A stretch of DNA of 63,912 nt, filler included, from Calcarisporiella thermophila CBS 279.70 (taxonomy: Eukaryota; Fungi; Calcarisporiellomycota), in assembly GCF_041956535.1 (NCBI RefSeq). It is 8 parts of 5 records of this genome, joined end to end, with 100 filler letters (N's around TTAATTAATTAA, not from the genome) between each part and the next. Parts side by side here need not be neighbours in the genome. Positions count along the whole stretch, not along the records: positions 23,401 to 46,989 come from NW_027192200.1; positions 47,090 to 51,038 come from NW_027192192.1; positions 51,139 to 57,879 come from NW_027192198.1; 5 more parts are not named here. One strand, 5' to 3'. The notes beneath the pieces were generated by a model that worked only from the letters and a program-made list of their open reading frames with translations, was not told the DNA's origin and did not search any database. Position 1 is the stretch's first letter, and the number at the start of each line of letters is the position of its first letter. A program made the translations under genes and the position numbers. Positions 41,234 through 52,728 of this stretch are shown in pieces.

Positions 41234-43728
41234 ATGATATTCGCTATGTCAGATGCAGAAGTAGTGCTCAATTGTGCTTCGATATTTTTCGCCCTAGTTA
41301 TGATGGTCATAGTTGTGTGGCAACGCATCCAAAATCCAAGAGCTACCAAAAACACCTCATTCGTGCTCAGTTTCTGGATCGGCCTAGCTGAAGTACTCTA
41401 CCGAGCGACCTATCTAATGTATATGGCATACGATTTCAACGATGCTATTCTTCCTTCCAATAATTGGCTCTGCCGACTTCTCTTATGGACTATTTATTTT
41501 TTCCCCATCTGGTTCTCGTTGCTCACTGTGAGCGTCTCTCTTGACCTCCAACTCTCTTTCATACACCGACTGAAAAAAATTGAACGCTATCAAGTGTGCT
41601 ACATTCCAGTCTCTACTGCGATAGCCTTTATTGTGACAACACCACAATTATTCCATGGAAAAGTTTGGTGGAGTACGGAATATGTAAGAGATTGATTTGG
41701 TTCCATAGCGTTTAAAGTGGATTCCCATCATTTTGCATAATTTTATAGAAATATATCAGCACAGACTGGTCATATCAAAGCGATCTAATCGTTGAAATCC
41801 TCAGAAGCATTATTTTCCTTGGCAGCATCTTATACTCTCTCGTTGTCATATTGATTGTTATTATTCGAGTTCTACACCAACTCCATGATTCGAATATGAA
41901 AAAGCATACTATCAGCAAGGAGTACCGCAATAAAGAACGAAGAATTATTACCTCAGTGCTACGAAATTTGGGTTACCCACTAGTTCCGTTATACGAATGC
42001 TTGGACACCCACTAGTTCTCATTATCTGCATGCCTGCTGATACAATACTTGCCATCCTATTTATTACACATAATCGTTTCACTCCTTTTGGTGATACTAC
42101 ACAAATGGCAAAAAATATTACTACTGGGATGCAGGGCATCCTCAGCTTTATTGTCTTTCTTTTTAACCCAACTTTCACAAATTCTTTCGTCAAGAGCACT
42201 CTCTTCAGAAAATGGGCTTCCTTTCAGTCGATGTCTCAAAGCATTTCACACGCATCCACCGTTCAAGATCAGAGAGCCACTCAGTCTCGCGCAGATCTGT
42301 GGATGTCTGCAGACAAGCTTATTCAACCACCAGAAGAAGTCTCAATTTATCCTCGTCGAAAGGTCCGATTTGCATTCAATACCAACGAAGTAATCCTTGA
42401 GAACAGTGGATCATCGAAAGAACAACCAGAAGCGATACCACTTGAGCAGATGGAGTCGCTGGCGTGTATACCTAAGCAATATGCTTGCGTGTTTGAAGAA
42501 GAGGATATGGCTGAACCACGGGTAGGGAGCAATGGAGATGTGTGGATGTTCGGAAGGAGGTTCTGTGGAGCTAAAGGTGGCTATTCATCCAGATTGGAGT
42601 ATCTTATAGCTATAAGCTAAGCCCTTATTGATGTAGGTGTACACTATATACTCCCAAATGACGAAGGGGAGGTGGATCGGTTGATTCTGCAGCACTATAT
42701 GTTTCGGTAAGCTGATGATTCTATTTTGACTGGGTTAAACTTAACATTGATCAGCTGTATAACCACCCACATGTTAGGTCGTTATTCAACAATTGCAATT
42801 TCCTCTCACCTGTCCGAAGTTAATTGCAAATTGGTGCAAAGGTGCTAGATGTTGGGTAGATAGTTCAGAACACTTATATTTTAGCTCATGGTGCTTAATG
42901 ATTACTTACTCGTGTTATAGATGTGGACCGGGCACTTGGACGATGGAGATGGCGACAGAGTTTCCGGGCAGCCATTTCTATGGAATCGATATCAATAAAG
43001 GGTTTCCTGAACATATCAAGCCTGAGAACTGCCATTTTCAGGTTGGCAACATCCTCGAACCTCTCCCGTTCGAAGACGAGGGCTTTGACTTTGTCTTCGT
43101 CAGGTGCGTTGGGCTTGGTGTGTATCAGAGCGAGTGGCCGAGAGTCATTGAGGAGATAGTGAGAGTACTTCGTCCGGGAGGATATTTCGAGGTAGTGGAA
43201 GCCGGTAAGCAAGTAGCTTGAAAACAGACTTAGTTTTGAAAGGAAAGATAGTAGATATAGCTGCTAATTGAATACGCAAAGATTATAACCTTTATGGAAG
43301 CGGGAGAGCATTTAGGAAGCTTGTCGAAAGATGTCAGTATAAGCGTGCTTTAAGCATTTCTTTTGGTCATATTGTGTGGCACTCACCTCTTTACACTAAC
43401 AATAGTACACAATACGCTTCGAGCACGTGATATTGACCCATCCTGGGCCTACGAGGTTCGCTCGTATTTTGATGAAATAGGGCTAGAAGACATCAAGAGA
43501 GTTACTCTGTCCTTACCAATTGGTCACACTATTGGGCAAATTGCAGGACCAGGCCGAGAATGGTTTATGCGGCTACTGGATTCACTGAGGCCACATCTGG
43601 TTCAAGTGATGTACATTAGTGTGAACGAATACTACGAACTTGCTCGAGAGATCGAGCAGGAACTGAAAGCAAAGGCCACTCAATTTAATTTTGTAAGTAC
43701 GTATGGATTAAAACAGATGCGAATCTAG
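41234..43728 (+). pseudogene. 7TM GPCR-like (Git3/cAMP-receptor-like) domain fused to a LaeA-like SAM methyltransferase; contains a frameshifting duplication and an in-frame TAA
   Basis: 7TM exons 41234-41683 and 41749-42576 run without a stop from TM6/7 into WMFGRRF. They splice (42577-42636) to YILPNDEGEVDRLILQHYMFR and then KVLDVGCGPGTW. Lesions: 32-nt duplication at ~41953-41984 and TAA at 42821. Confidence 0.75.
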
Positions 43729-44743
43729 TGAATGATTGAGGATTGTCGATTTTTGATAAACACCAATTTGGGATGTATACCAAGAGTAAAATTATTACAG
43801 TCGGGATAAAGAATGAATTCTACAGACCATAGACGTGTCGGCGGTTAGGAAATAGAATTGATCCAACTATAAGAGTCGCTTATTTTCGGGATAATCAGTG
43901 AAATCTTTTTTTGCACATTCCATTCACTCAAGTGAAGCATGGTATTCGGCAGAGTATATGATACTTGCTCCTTGTTCACAATTAATCTATCATCGACGGT
44001 AGCCAAGATTGATATTGGAAGAAAATCAGTAGAGCTTGTCACTGCTATTGATGTATGTGAAAATTTATTATGTGAATTGAAACTTAAATTATGAGAATGC
44101 AGTAAGTAAATAGCAAAGTATACACATTAGAAGAAAAAAAAGGGAGACCTTTCTGAACTAGTAAGATAAATGTGATGTCACTAAACACGAAAAGATTGGG
44201 CACTGACAGCAACGAACAGTTCTTTGAAATCGATCTCTGAATTCAAGTGTTCTACAGATGTGGCGGAACTTATTTACAAAGTAAAATTTAACATGTTCGA
44301 AATAATTTTTTATAAATATTGTTCGAAAGTCCGCTACGAGCAGAGTTCAGAAAATTATATATAATATTAAGTCTCTTGGTTAATGCAAACATTATAGCCT
44401 ATCCAAATACCGAATAGATTAGAAAACATGGTAACACAGTAACTTAGTATAATAGCACGAAAACTATATGAGGAAGTGATAAGTGGTAAAACTGAGGAAT
44501 TATAGTTTATTTAGTCATACACCTGGACAAAAATAATACCACTATGTGAAGAGTGACACCAGAACTTTGTACCTGGGTATAAAACTGAGGGTATAAATTT
44601 GAATGCCTTAGAAAAACGTACCTGATTTTTAAAGCTATTCACTAAGAACTGCTACTAAATTAAAGAAAGTCGCAAATATTATATCAGATTGACTATTTAT
44701 TGATTGGTGCTTACCTGCTAAAATTTTCACAATTTTAATCAAA

Positions 44744-45835
44744 ATGATATTCGAAATGTCAGTAGCAGAAATTCTGCTAAATTTTGCTTCCATTTTCTTT
44801 GCACTGCTTATGATGATTATTGTCATTCGATTACGTTTTGTTCGTCCAAGCGTCGCGGGCAATATATCCTTCACTTTGAGTTTTTGGATCGGATTAGCTG
44901 ATGCACTATTTCGGATAACATATCTGTTATTTATGGCTTATGACTTCAATGATACCATCCCTCCTTCCAGCGGGTATTTCCGATTTCTCCTTTGGACGAT
45001 ATACTTCTTTCCGATTTGGTTTTCGCTATTAACTGTGAGTATCGCGTTCGATCTTCAACTCTCATTTATTCAAGGGAAAATGATCATTAGACAATATCAA
45101 AAATGGTACCTCCCTGTTTCCACAATCGTGTCATTTGCTGCGACAACTCCACAACTCTTTTACGGAAATGTGTGGTGGAACTCGGAATATGTATGCAAAT
45201 ATTCTATTTCTTTATTTTTCTGTGTTGGCTGACATATTCATCTTATTTATTAACCTTAGGATTATATTAGCTCAGATTGGCCTTACGAGATTGATCTACT
45301 TAGCGAAGTTCTCCGCAGTGTAATCACTTTTGGCAGTATAATGTATTCCATTATCATCATTTGTATATCACTACACAAGGTTTTCGAGACAATTCGAAAG
45401 ATGGAAAAAGATCGAGTGAAAAAGTTTAATAATCGCAAATTAGAGCTCCAGGTGATTGTGTCAGTTATGAGAGTTCTCGGTTATCCCCTGGTCCTCATTA
45501 TATGCATGCCAGCTGAAACTATTCTTGGGATTCTTTTTGTCACACACAATCGATACACACCTTTTGGTGATGCCACACAAACTGCAAAAAATATTACCTC
45601 AGGAATGCAGGGCATCCTCAATTTTATCGTTTTTCTATTTAATCCTTCATTCACTCAATCTTTATCAGGCGTGCCTTTCTTCAAGGATATATGGCTCTTC
45701 CAAGAGCGTACTTGTCCTTACACTGGCATTGGAGCACTAGAACCACATGAAGAAAGCCGACAAATTGACACTCAGAATATTTCAGCAGTTCGCGAGGTCA
45801 ACACTTCAAGCAATCCTGAACAACGATCTAATTAG
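44744..45835 (+). CDS. 7TM GPCR-like protein (Git3/cAMP-receptor-like), about 340 aa, one intron (45191-45259)
   Basis: Seven hydrophobic segments, TM6 RVLGYPLVLIIC and TM7 QGILNFIVFLFNPSF. Paralogue of the 41.2-kb gene with the same intron position but no methyltransferase tail. Confidence 0.82.
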
Positions 45836-46790
45836 ATTTGAAATTTTTTGACTATCTTGCAAATCAAGTTAGTTGTGGAGATGAGCCTATTATTGTCGAA
45901 TATCATCTCTTTTATAAAGCTTCCACATTGATTTTTATGTAATATATTCCTATGGATCGAGATCTCACTTTTTATTTAGTTTGTTTAATATTAATCGTTT
46001 ATATTTTGAAGCTTTACGCTCCAAATTTTACACGCAAAACTTCTATTGCTCGTTCCAGTCGTCGATTCAATTGCTGAGAACCAGCGAGAGAGCAAAACTA
46101 AATGACCACCTACCCAACTCTTTTCGTGGTATTCAGCAAAGAAGATCCATTGTACTTTTTTGCTCTACTTTAACGGAAATTCGTGAAATAGATAATGTGC
46201 ATATTCCTGACACTCGAAATGGGATCCACAATCGGTCCAAACTTCAGGAATGTCGAATCCGTCAAGTGAATTTCCTTGATATTATATTTTCGAAAATAAA
46301 ATATCAAGGAAACTTTTGACATAAAGAGCATCGTAACTCAAAATTTCGAAAAAAAAGTCAAAATATCCCTTTTTTCCATCAAGTGAAAGTAACACCATGT
46401 CCAAACAAGGAACTATTGCTTCGAGTTAGGTTTTTCCAGTTTCAACCGGCTCGCCCCCCAATCGCAAATTCTCCTTGAAGTCCATGTTATAAATTCTGTT
46501 GTTATCCTTGAGTTCTCCAGAATTCCTATCGAACATTGACTTCTTCTCCACAAAGCGCTGGCGAGAAGATGATGTCTCTTTTAAAGTCGCTTTGCCATTT
46601 TCCCGTGTATCACTTGGCAAGACGCTAGTCCCAAACTGAGAAATACAGCGGGAAATGGGAGTAGAAAGTGTTACCATATTGAAGATAAAATCACAATATA
46701 ATATGTTTATAAGCTGATATATATTCGGTATAAAAATTTTGCAGATGAGAAGCTGAAAAATGCATAACAGAAGTATTCGAGAATTGTTAC

Positions 46791-46883
46791 TCTAGTTTCT
46801 ACTCGAATTTTATAATATAAAATTCGAGTAGAAACTAGAATAAAAATAAAAACTAAAATAATTTTAACATATTATGTTAAAAT
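46791..46883. repeat. Two adjacent perfect inverted repeats (24-bp and 11-bp arms, 1-nt spacers)
   Basis: TCTAGTTTCTACTCGAATTTTATA-A-TATAAAATTCGAGTAGAAACTAGA (46791-46839) and ATTTTAACATA-T-TATGTTAAAAT (46861-46883). Confidence 0.9.
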
Positions 46884-47573
46884 ACTAGGTGCAGATGCTT
46901 CTGAAACTCTGATTCTCTAATTTCAAAATCCAGTATATCTGCTCAGGATTGGAATTTCCCATTTAAATCCAAGGATGCACATCGACATANNNNNNNNNNN
47001 NNNNNNNNNNNNNNNNNNNNNNNNNNNNNNNNNTTAATTAATTAANNNNNNNNNNNNNNNNNNNNNNNNNNNNNNNNNNNNNNNNNNNNTGAAACAAGTT
47101 CCATACATTAAAAAATTCAAATTCATAATTTAGATTGAAATAATGGTTGGACTATTTCCGGAGGATTGATGCTAAAACTTAAGTTGTTGCCTTTTACCTA
47201 AATACTCAGCTATCTATCTGTAAGTGTAGAACTTATCATAAATTTATACGGTATGACGGCCGAAAATGGCCACCCTTCTAAGCAAAATTTCATGTTATTG
47301 GTTTTTTTTTTGGTCAACCTGATCAAATTACGGGTTCCATATGCCAATTTTGCTTGCTTATTTAATTCTTCTATTTTTTTCTTCTTTCCTTGATTTTTAT
47401 ATTTGTACTGTAAATGAAAAACTGAAGAATTTATAGCAAATTTTTCAGTGAATTTTCACTGATCTTTTTGCTAACTTCGATCGTTCGTTTAGTATTAGTA
47501 CTATACGAATGCATATTTATGTTTATTACAGACAATTTATTAAGTCTGCCTAAAAGAGCCGTTAGAGAATGGA

Positions 47574-47879
47574 TCAAATCTGCTCTCCGATTTTCAAAGC
47601 TCTTATATGAGGCTCTGGTATGCCGTACCTCTTCCAGAACTCCAGCATAGCCTTCTTAGATATATTGCGGCCAAACCCATTTGTCTTGTACGTATTCAGG
47701 TCAAAGTACGAACCGGACCCGCTCATATCGACAGCGTTACAAATTTCATCTACCTCGTTCGACATATCGGGTTTCCACATCAGCCTCTTATCGACGACAG
47801 AGAGGAAATACCCCCCCAACGGCTCATCGTAGCCATAACTGATCTCAATCTGATTTTGGTTAATAGTATGTCTCCCCAT
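47574..47879 (-). CDS. Small intronless uncharacterised protein (101 aa)
   Basis: MGRHTINQNQIEISYGYDEPLGGYFLSVVD...FWKRYGIPEPHI. Globular-looking composition in an AT-rich background. Confidence 0.6.
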   Translation of the reverse strand: MGRHTINQNQIEISYGYDEPLGGYFLSVVDKRLMWKPDMSNEVDEICNAVDMSGSGSYFDLNTYKTNGFGRNISKKAMLEFWKRYGIPEPHIRALKIGEQI

Positions 47880-48894
47880 TTGTGATCTCTTGAAGGAATT
47901 TTTAGGGGAATGCTGTATTGTAATTATTTTATATTTCATTTGCATTGCTAATAAAAATGTTTTCCCATACATTCACTTAAACTGTAACAAGACCAAGCCA
48001 CCATCTCTCTATCCTGATTCAATATTTCCTTTTATATGCTCATTGGTTCCCACGCTGATTAAGGTTTATCTTGTTTACTATTTAAGCCTCGATCTCTGTT
48101 TATTATTCCTTGCCCATTATTTGCCCATTATTTGCCCATTCTTTGGCCCACCTTTGTCCATTTGTCCATTTTGCCCATTATTCTAATTGAATTAAGACCA
48201 CTTTTCATATATTCAATAAGAATCCGAATCATTAACAGTCTCAGAACTGTTACATAAACATAGGTATTATAATACATGTGATGTCCCCTGTAATGCTTCA
48301 TGTGACACTCCGTTACAATGTGTACGTAGCACTGTAGAGAGGAAAATGTGAACTTGGGTTACGAAAATAATGACAAGGTTTGTTCTAAGACAAAAGAATA
48401 TTTGAATAGAATAAAGTGAGGGAAAAAATATTGGTAGATTTAAACCTATTTTGGTAAAATTAGTCTCGTGTTTGTCTGCAGGCGTTTTGGGAACTGATGT
48501 TGTGCATATATTGAGAACTTTTTCCTCGTACTATCTATATAGTGTTCAGTCGATTTAGTCAAGTCCTTGCCAAGCCCTTGTGAGAAAGCATCACATTCGA
48601 CCAGTTTGATGTGAAAAATAAGATGAATCTTACACTTTCCGACATTTAAGTTCCGAGCATCGTTAACCTACTTTAAAATAGACAACACTCTATCCAAGCG
48701 ACATCCAACAAACAATAACAGGTCTAGTTTTTATTAGAAACCAACCTAAGATATAACCTTTCGAAATAATCTCCTTCACTTTCCCACTCTATCGCTTTTT
48801 ACAATCGATCCATCATGGCATATTTTAAAGTAATCTGTTAGGATATATTTTGTTTCTTATCTCGCTCTAGAAATTAATATAAATTACAGGAGAT

Positions 48895-49231
48895 GGGGGA
48901 GGGTTAGTGTGGTGGACTATCCCTGGTGTGCCGATGAGAACGGCGTGGGTTCGAATCCCACTTCCCCCACCAGCACTTACTCTTAGTTTGTGGCTGCTGT
49001 CCACTTGATCAGAAATTGAGTCTTCATTATTGAAAAGATCGCTCCTACGATAAGTACAAAGATTACATGGGTTTCACGTACATGCTATTCACGACAACTA
49101 CGATACACGCATATCGATTGCACGCCTATCGATCAAGGACCTATATCTCGTTATGTTAAGTCCATTGACATAAACTTCATGTAATATATGGAAATTAAAT
49201 AAACAGTTTTAATTGATTGATAAAAAAAAAA
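48895..49231 (+). mobile_element. tRNA-derived SINE, full length (family A, copy 1)
   Basis: Head with A-box-like TAGTGTGGTGG and B box GGTTCGAATCC ending in CCACCA, ~250-bp body, poly(A), and a perfect 15-bp TSD TAAATTACAGGAGAT (48880-48894 and 49232-49246). Confidence 0.92.
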
Positions 49232-50273
49232 TAAATTACAGGAGATAGTGAAAGAATTCCTCTGATCGAAGCATAATCATTGCGCGCCGCTTCATGAATA
49301 ATTTTTCACCATGTACGTAAAGTAATTACAGTATTATCGAGATCTTTTTGGAGAAAGACAGTATCCTGTATTTTATACATTGATGGTAGAGAATCTTGGC
49401 TCAAAAAATCCAATCTAACAATCTACTGTACATTTTATATACTGTTGTGCGCAGCACTAGAGCGGAGCACCAGGATAGAGAGTTTGTGCTGTAAGCAGAT
49501 GAATGCAGTGGTTGACGATGCATGATGAGCAGACTTAAGCCAAACATGAAGGTATTTGCCCAAGCTAAAATCAGGTTTCTGTCAGGCTCGGAAAGAATCG
49601 AGTCAAAGGCTGAACGCGCCGCGCAATTAGAGCCTTCTCCCCTGCAGATCCTGGCGAGATGTAGAAAGACCCCAAATCATTTGCTGATGTTCGCTTTCCT
49701 TGTAACTCCGCTCATCTTCATGAAAACTCGTGTCGAGAGGCCAATCAAAATGCCTGAGCAGCACAGGTTTTTTGAACTGAGTTGCATCCTCAAGGGTTCT
49801 CCAACCCTAAAAACCAAGATAGGGTCCACCGTTTTCCCATTTTGGCGCCGTAGCTCGAAGTCACGCCTGCGAGATCATTGCTCCGGCAAGACCCGACTCC
49901 AGCCCCTTCAACAAGACTTGGTCTGCGCTCCTTCACTGGCACTTTAGCTCCGCCATCAACTATGCGAAATCTTTTTTTCCTTCCGTGGAATTCCATGCTT
50001 GCTTCTTTGACTCCCAGATGCCCCCATATTCTCAGCTCGCGGCTCGAGGATGAGAACGGTGGCTAAGTTGCTTCTACGTTTCAATCTGTGTTAAAGCGAT
50101 CTTCAGGCCAATTGCAATATTATCAAATAATACTATGTGTCAGAATTTTAACTTGAACTTAATTTTTACAAGCATCCAATTATTACTTGTTTGTTTGTAA
50201 ATGATAAATCCTGTTTATTGTTTTTCTTATTGCTCTTTAAATAGTTCAGCTATTTGTCTTCTGATCCTTACTC

Positions 50274-50567
50274 CTATTTTACTATAGGAGTTAGGTAGTA
50301 GCAAATATTATCCGTCACAACAGGCTTCTTGATAAAATTGAAGCGAGCAGCAAGCTTTTCTATCAAGTCTTTGTTCTGATTACTGGATCCTTGCACAGCC
50401 ATTTTCATTAATGAAAAGTGTTGATTGACTAGCGGGAGGCGGGGAGTGTTTCTTTCAAGATCAATAATTACTTCCGTAATTGGTTTTATAACGTTTCTCA
50501 ATTCTTCCGCCTTTTCCCACCAAGTATCTTGAGGCAAGCAGCACAATTCCGAAGATGCTAGCTCCAA
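50274..50567 (-). mobile_element. Degenerate hAT transposase remnant
   Basis: WWEKAEELRNVIKPITEVIIDLE resembles the hAT W..v..l..lL.Pi...i..LE helix. Confidence 0.55.
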
Positions 50568-51138
50568 GTTGAAATGTCTTGGAAGAATTAGGAAGGATCG
50601 AAATTTCCAGAAGGATCCTGATCAACTCTCTTTTCGTTATTCAATAATGTCCAATTAACTGCCCATTTCCCTTTCTCTCTTAATATTTACTGTAATTATT
50701 TATGCTGGCCAACCTTCATTTTAGTGTATCTCCTCCTGCTAGAACCTATTGCTAATATTTTCGAAAATTTTCGGCTTTCTTGATAAAATACAGCCATTAT
50801 AATAAACTGGTCAGCTTGTTGTGTATCAAACATCGTAATTCATTCTGTTTCTTCAGTATACATCCATTCTTGGAGATAAATTGTAGTTTTAGGAATCGGA
50901 AATATTGGGGATCATGCTTTCATATTTGGTTTGCTGGTCAAGTGTCTTCATTGCAATTTGACCTTTTAACATCAACAAAGAATAGGGCAACAATACCCTG
51001 AGTTTAATGGATAATGCAGTAAATCTTGCTTTATATCCNNNNNNNNNNNNNNNNNNNNNNNNNNNNNNNNNNNNNNNNNNNNTTAATTAATTAANNNNNN
51101 NNNNNNNNNNNNNNNNNNNNNNNNNNNNNNNNNNNNNN

Positions 51139-51154
51139 ACACTAACCCTCCCCC
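51139..51154 (-). mobile_element. 5' tip of a family A SINE (remainder in gap)
   Basis: ACACTAACCCTCCCCC is the exact reverse complement of the first 16 nt of the SINE head, and lies at a contig edge. Confidence 0.75.
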
Positions 51155-51238
51155 TCAGCAAAAGCTAAGCCTCCATCCTCAACTACTGCGCAATTGATCC
51201 TTTTAGTTAAATTTCCTCACAACATCAACCAATTAGAA

Positions 51239-51310
51239 GGCTCAATGGTTTAGTGGTATAATTCTCCCTTAGGGTGGGAGAGGTCCTGGGTTCAATTCCC
51301 AGTTGAGCCC
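51239..51310 (+). tRNA. tRNA-Pro(AGG)
   Basis: GGCTCAA/TTGAGCC acceptor stem, CTCCC-TTAGGGT-GGGAG anticodon arm, TTTTT terminator. Confidence 0.95.
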
Positions 51311-52119
51311 TTTTTATTTGAATGTGAAAGTATTATAGTTTATGCTCAAATAAACAATTCATTTCAATCAACCGACTATTTTTTTAATATTAGCTAGTAA
51401 TCATTTCTTCCTTTGCAGAACTCTATCAATAAGAAGTAACGAGAAAAGAAATATCACCTGAGCTAAGCGCTCCCGAATAGTGTTTAGAAAGATGCACACA
51501 AGCTACCTCAAATATTGCATTGCTGATGGTTGAGGCTATTGATTATGTTTGCGACCCGGAGTATTCCTCATTTTTTTCATTTTTTTTCCTCAATAAATAG
51601 GCAGATGAGAACTGAGAATTTATGTTTTTTTTTATGATTAAATATATCTATTCTTTATCCTATCGCCTAATATTTTGTGAATCATTTGGTATAATATACC
51701 GTAATATCTAGGATACTCCCTCAATAGATTAGCTTGAGGCGTAATGTCCAGGTAAAAATTTGGCCACTTAATACAAGCATTATTCGAAGCCCCCACTATT
51801 TTATATGTTTGTTATCTTAGAGAGGATATAGTTTACAGGATGGCAGATATTTTACATCATAGTTATTCCAGTGTTACCAACGTTTGTCCAATTATATATT
51901 TGGTCAACCCAATCGACATTGAAAAGGAATATAAACATGATTCCTATATTCCAATTTGTCAATTTCGCCTCGATATGTACCATTCCATCACAACACATTA
52001 TAGTATTTATCTAGTTTTTGTTGCTATAGACGTTATGAAAATTTGTTAAAAATTAACTACAAGTATCGTTTGAGGGGATTAAATAATCAAATCTAATACT
52101 AATAGATTTAAGTAAAAAA

Positions 52120-52191
52120 GGGCTCAACTGGGAATTGAACCCAGGACCTCTCCCACCCTAAGGGAGAATTATACCACTAAACCATTGAGCC
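52120..52191 (-). tRNA. tRNA-Pro(AGG)
   Basis: Reverse complement is identical to 51239-51310. Confidence 0.95.
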
Positions 52192-52277
52192 CTCTGATTG
52201 GTTGAACTGTTATATGGAAGATTGGGAAGTGTTGAGATAATGTACGTATCCCGCTTATCCGATTACTATCTTAAGCC

Positions 52278-52407
52278 TTTTTTTCATCATTGGGGATGGT
52301 CACTATGAGAATTTTTCAGACAGGAATGTCTCCAGGGCCGAGAGAAAGACGACCCCAGAAACACCCCCTACGGCCGAGAAGTTCACTAAAAACCCCCGGA
52401 TTAAGCC
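52278..52407 (-). mobile_element. 130-bp poly(A)-tailed retro-insert with TTAAGCC duplication
   Basis: TTAAGCC at 52271-52277 and 52401-52407. T7 run at 52278. GC-richer interior than the flanks. Confidence 0.6.
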
Positions 52408-52728
52408 GGGGGAGGGTTAGTGTAGTGGACTATCCCTGGGATGCCGATGAGAACGGCGTGGGTTCGAATCCCACTTCCCCCACCAGCACTTACTCTTAGT
52501 TTGTGACTGCTGTCCACTTGATCAGAAATTGAGTCCATTATTGAAAGGATCCCTCCTACGATAAGTACAAAGAATACATTGGTTTCACGTACATGCTATT
52601 CACGACAACTACGATACACGCATATCGATTGAACGCCTATCGACCAAGGACCTATATCTCGTTATGTTAAGTCCATTGACATTAACTTCATGTAATATAT
52701 GGAAATTAAATAAAAGTTTCCATTGATT
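52408..52728 (+). mobile_element. tRNA-derived SINE (family A, copy 2); 3' end in gap
   Basis: Near-identical to 48895-49231 along its whole length. Confidence 0.92.

Noticed and set aside
48895-48972. SINE heads as functional tRNAs (e.g. Leu-GAG) or tmRNA-like genes
   Set aside because: No proper D/anticodon/variable arm geometry and no terminator after CCA. They are embedded in a conserved body with poly(A) and TSD.
49450-50070. Possible degenerate LINE RT on the minus strand (PYLGF-like string); similar faint hints at 11.5-12.2 kb and 32.8-33.4 kb
   Set aside because: Too fragmentary to support by eye. Needs TBLASTX or an HMM search.
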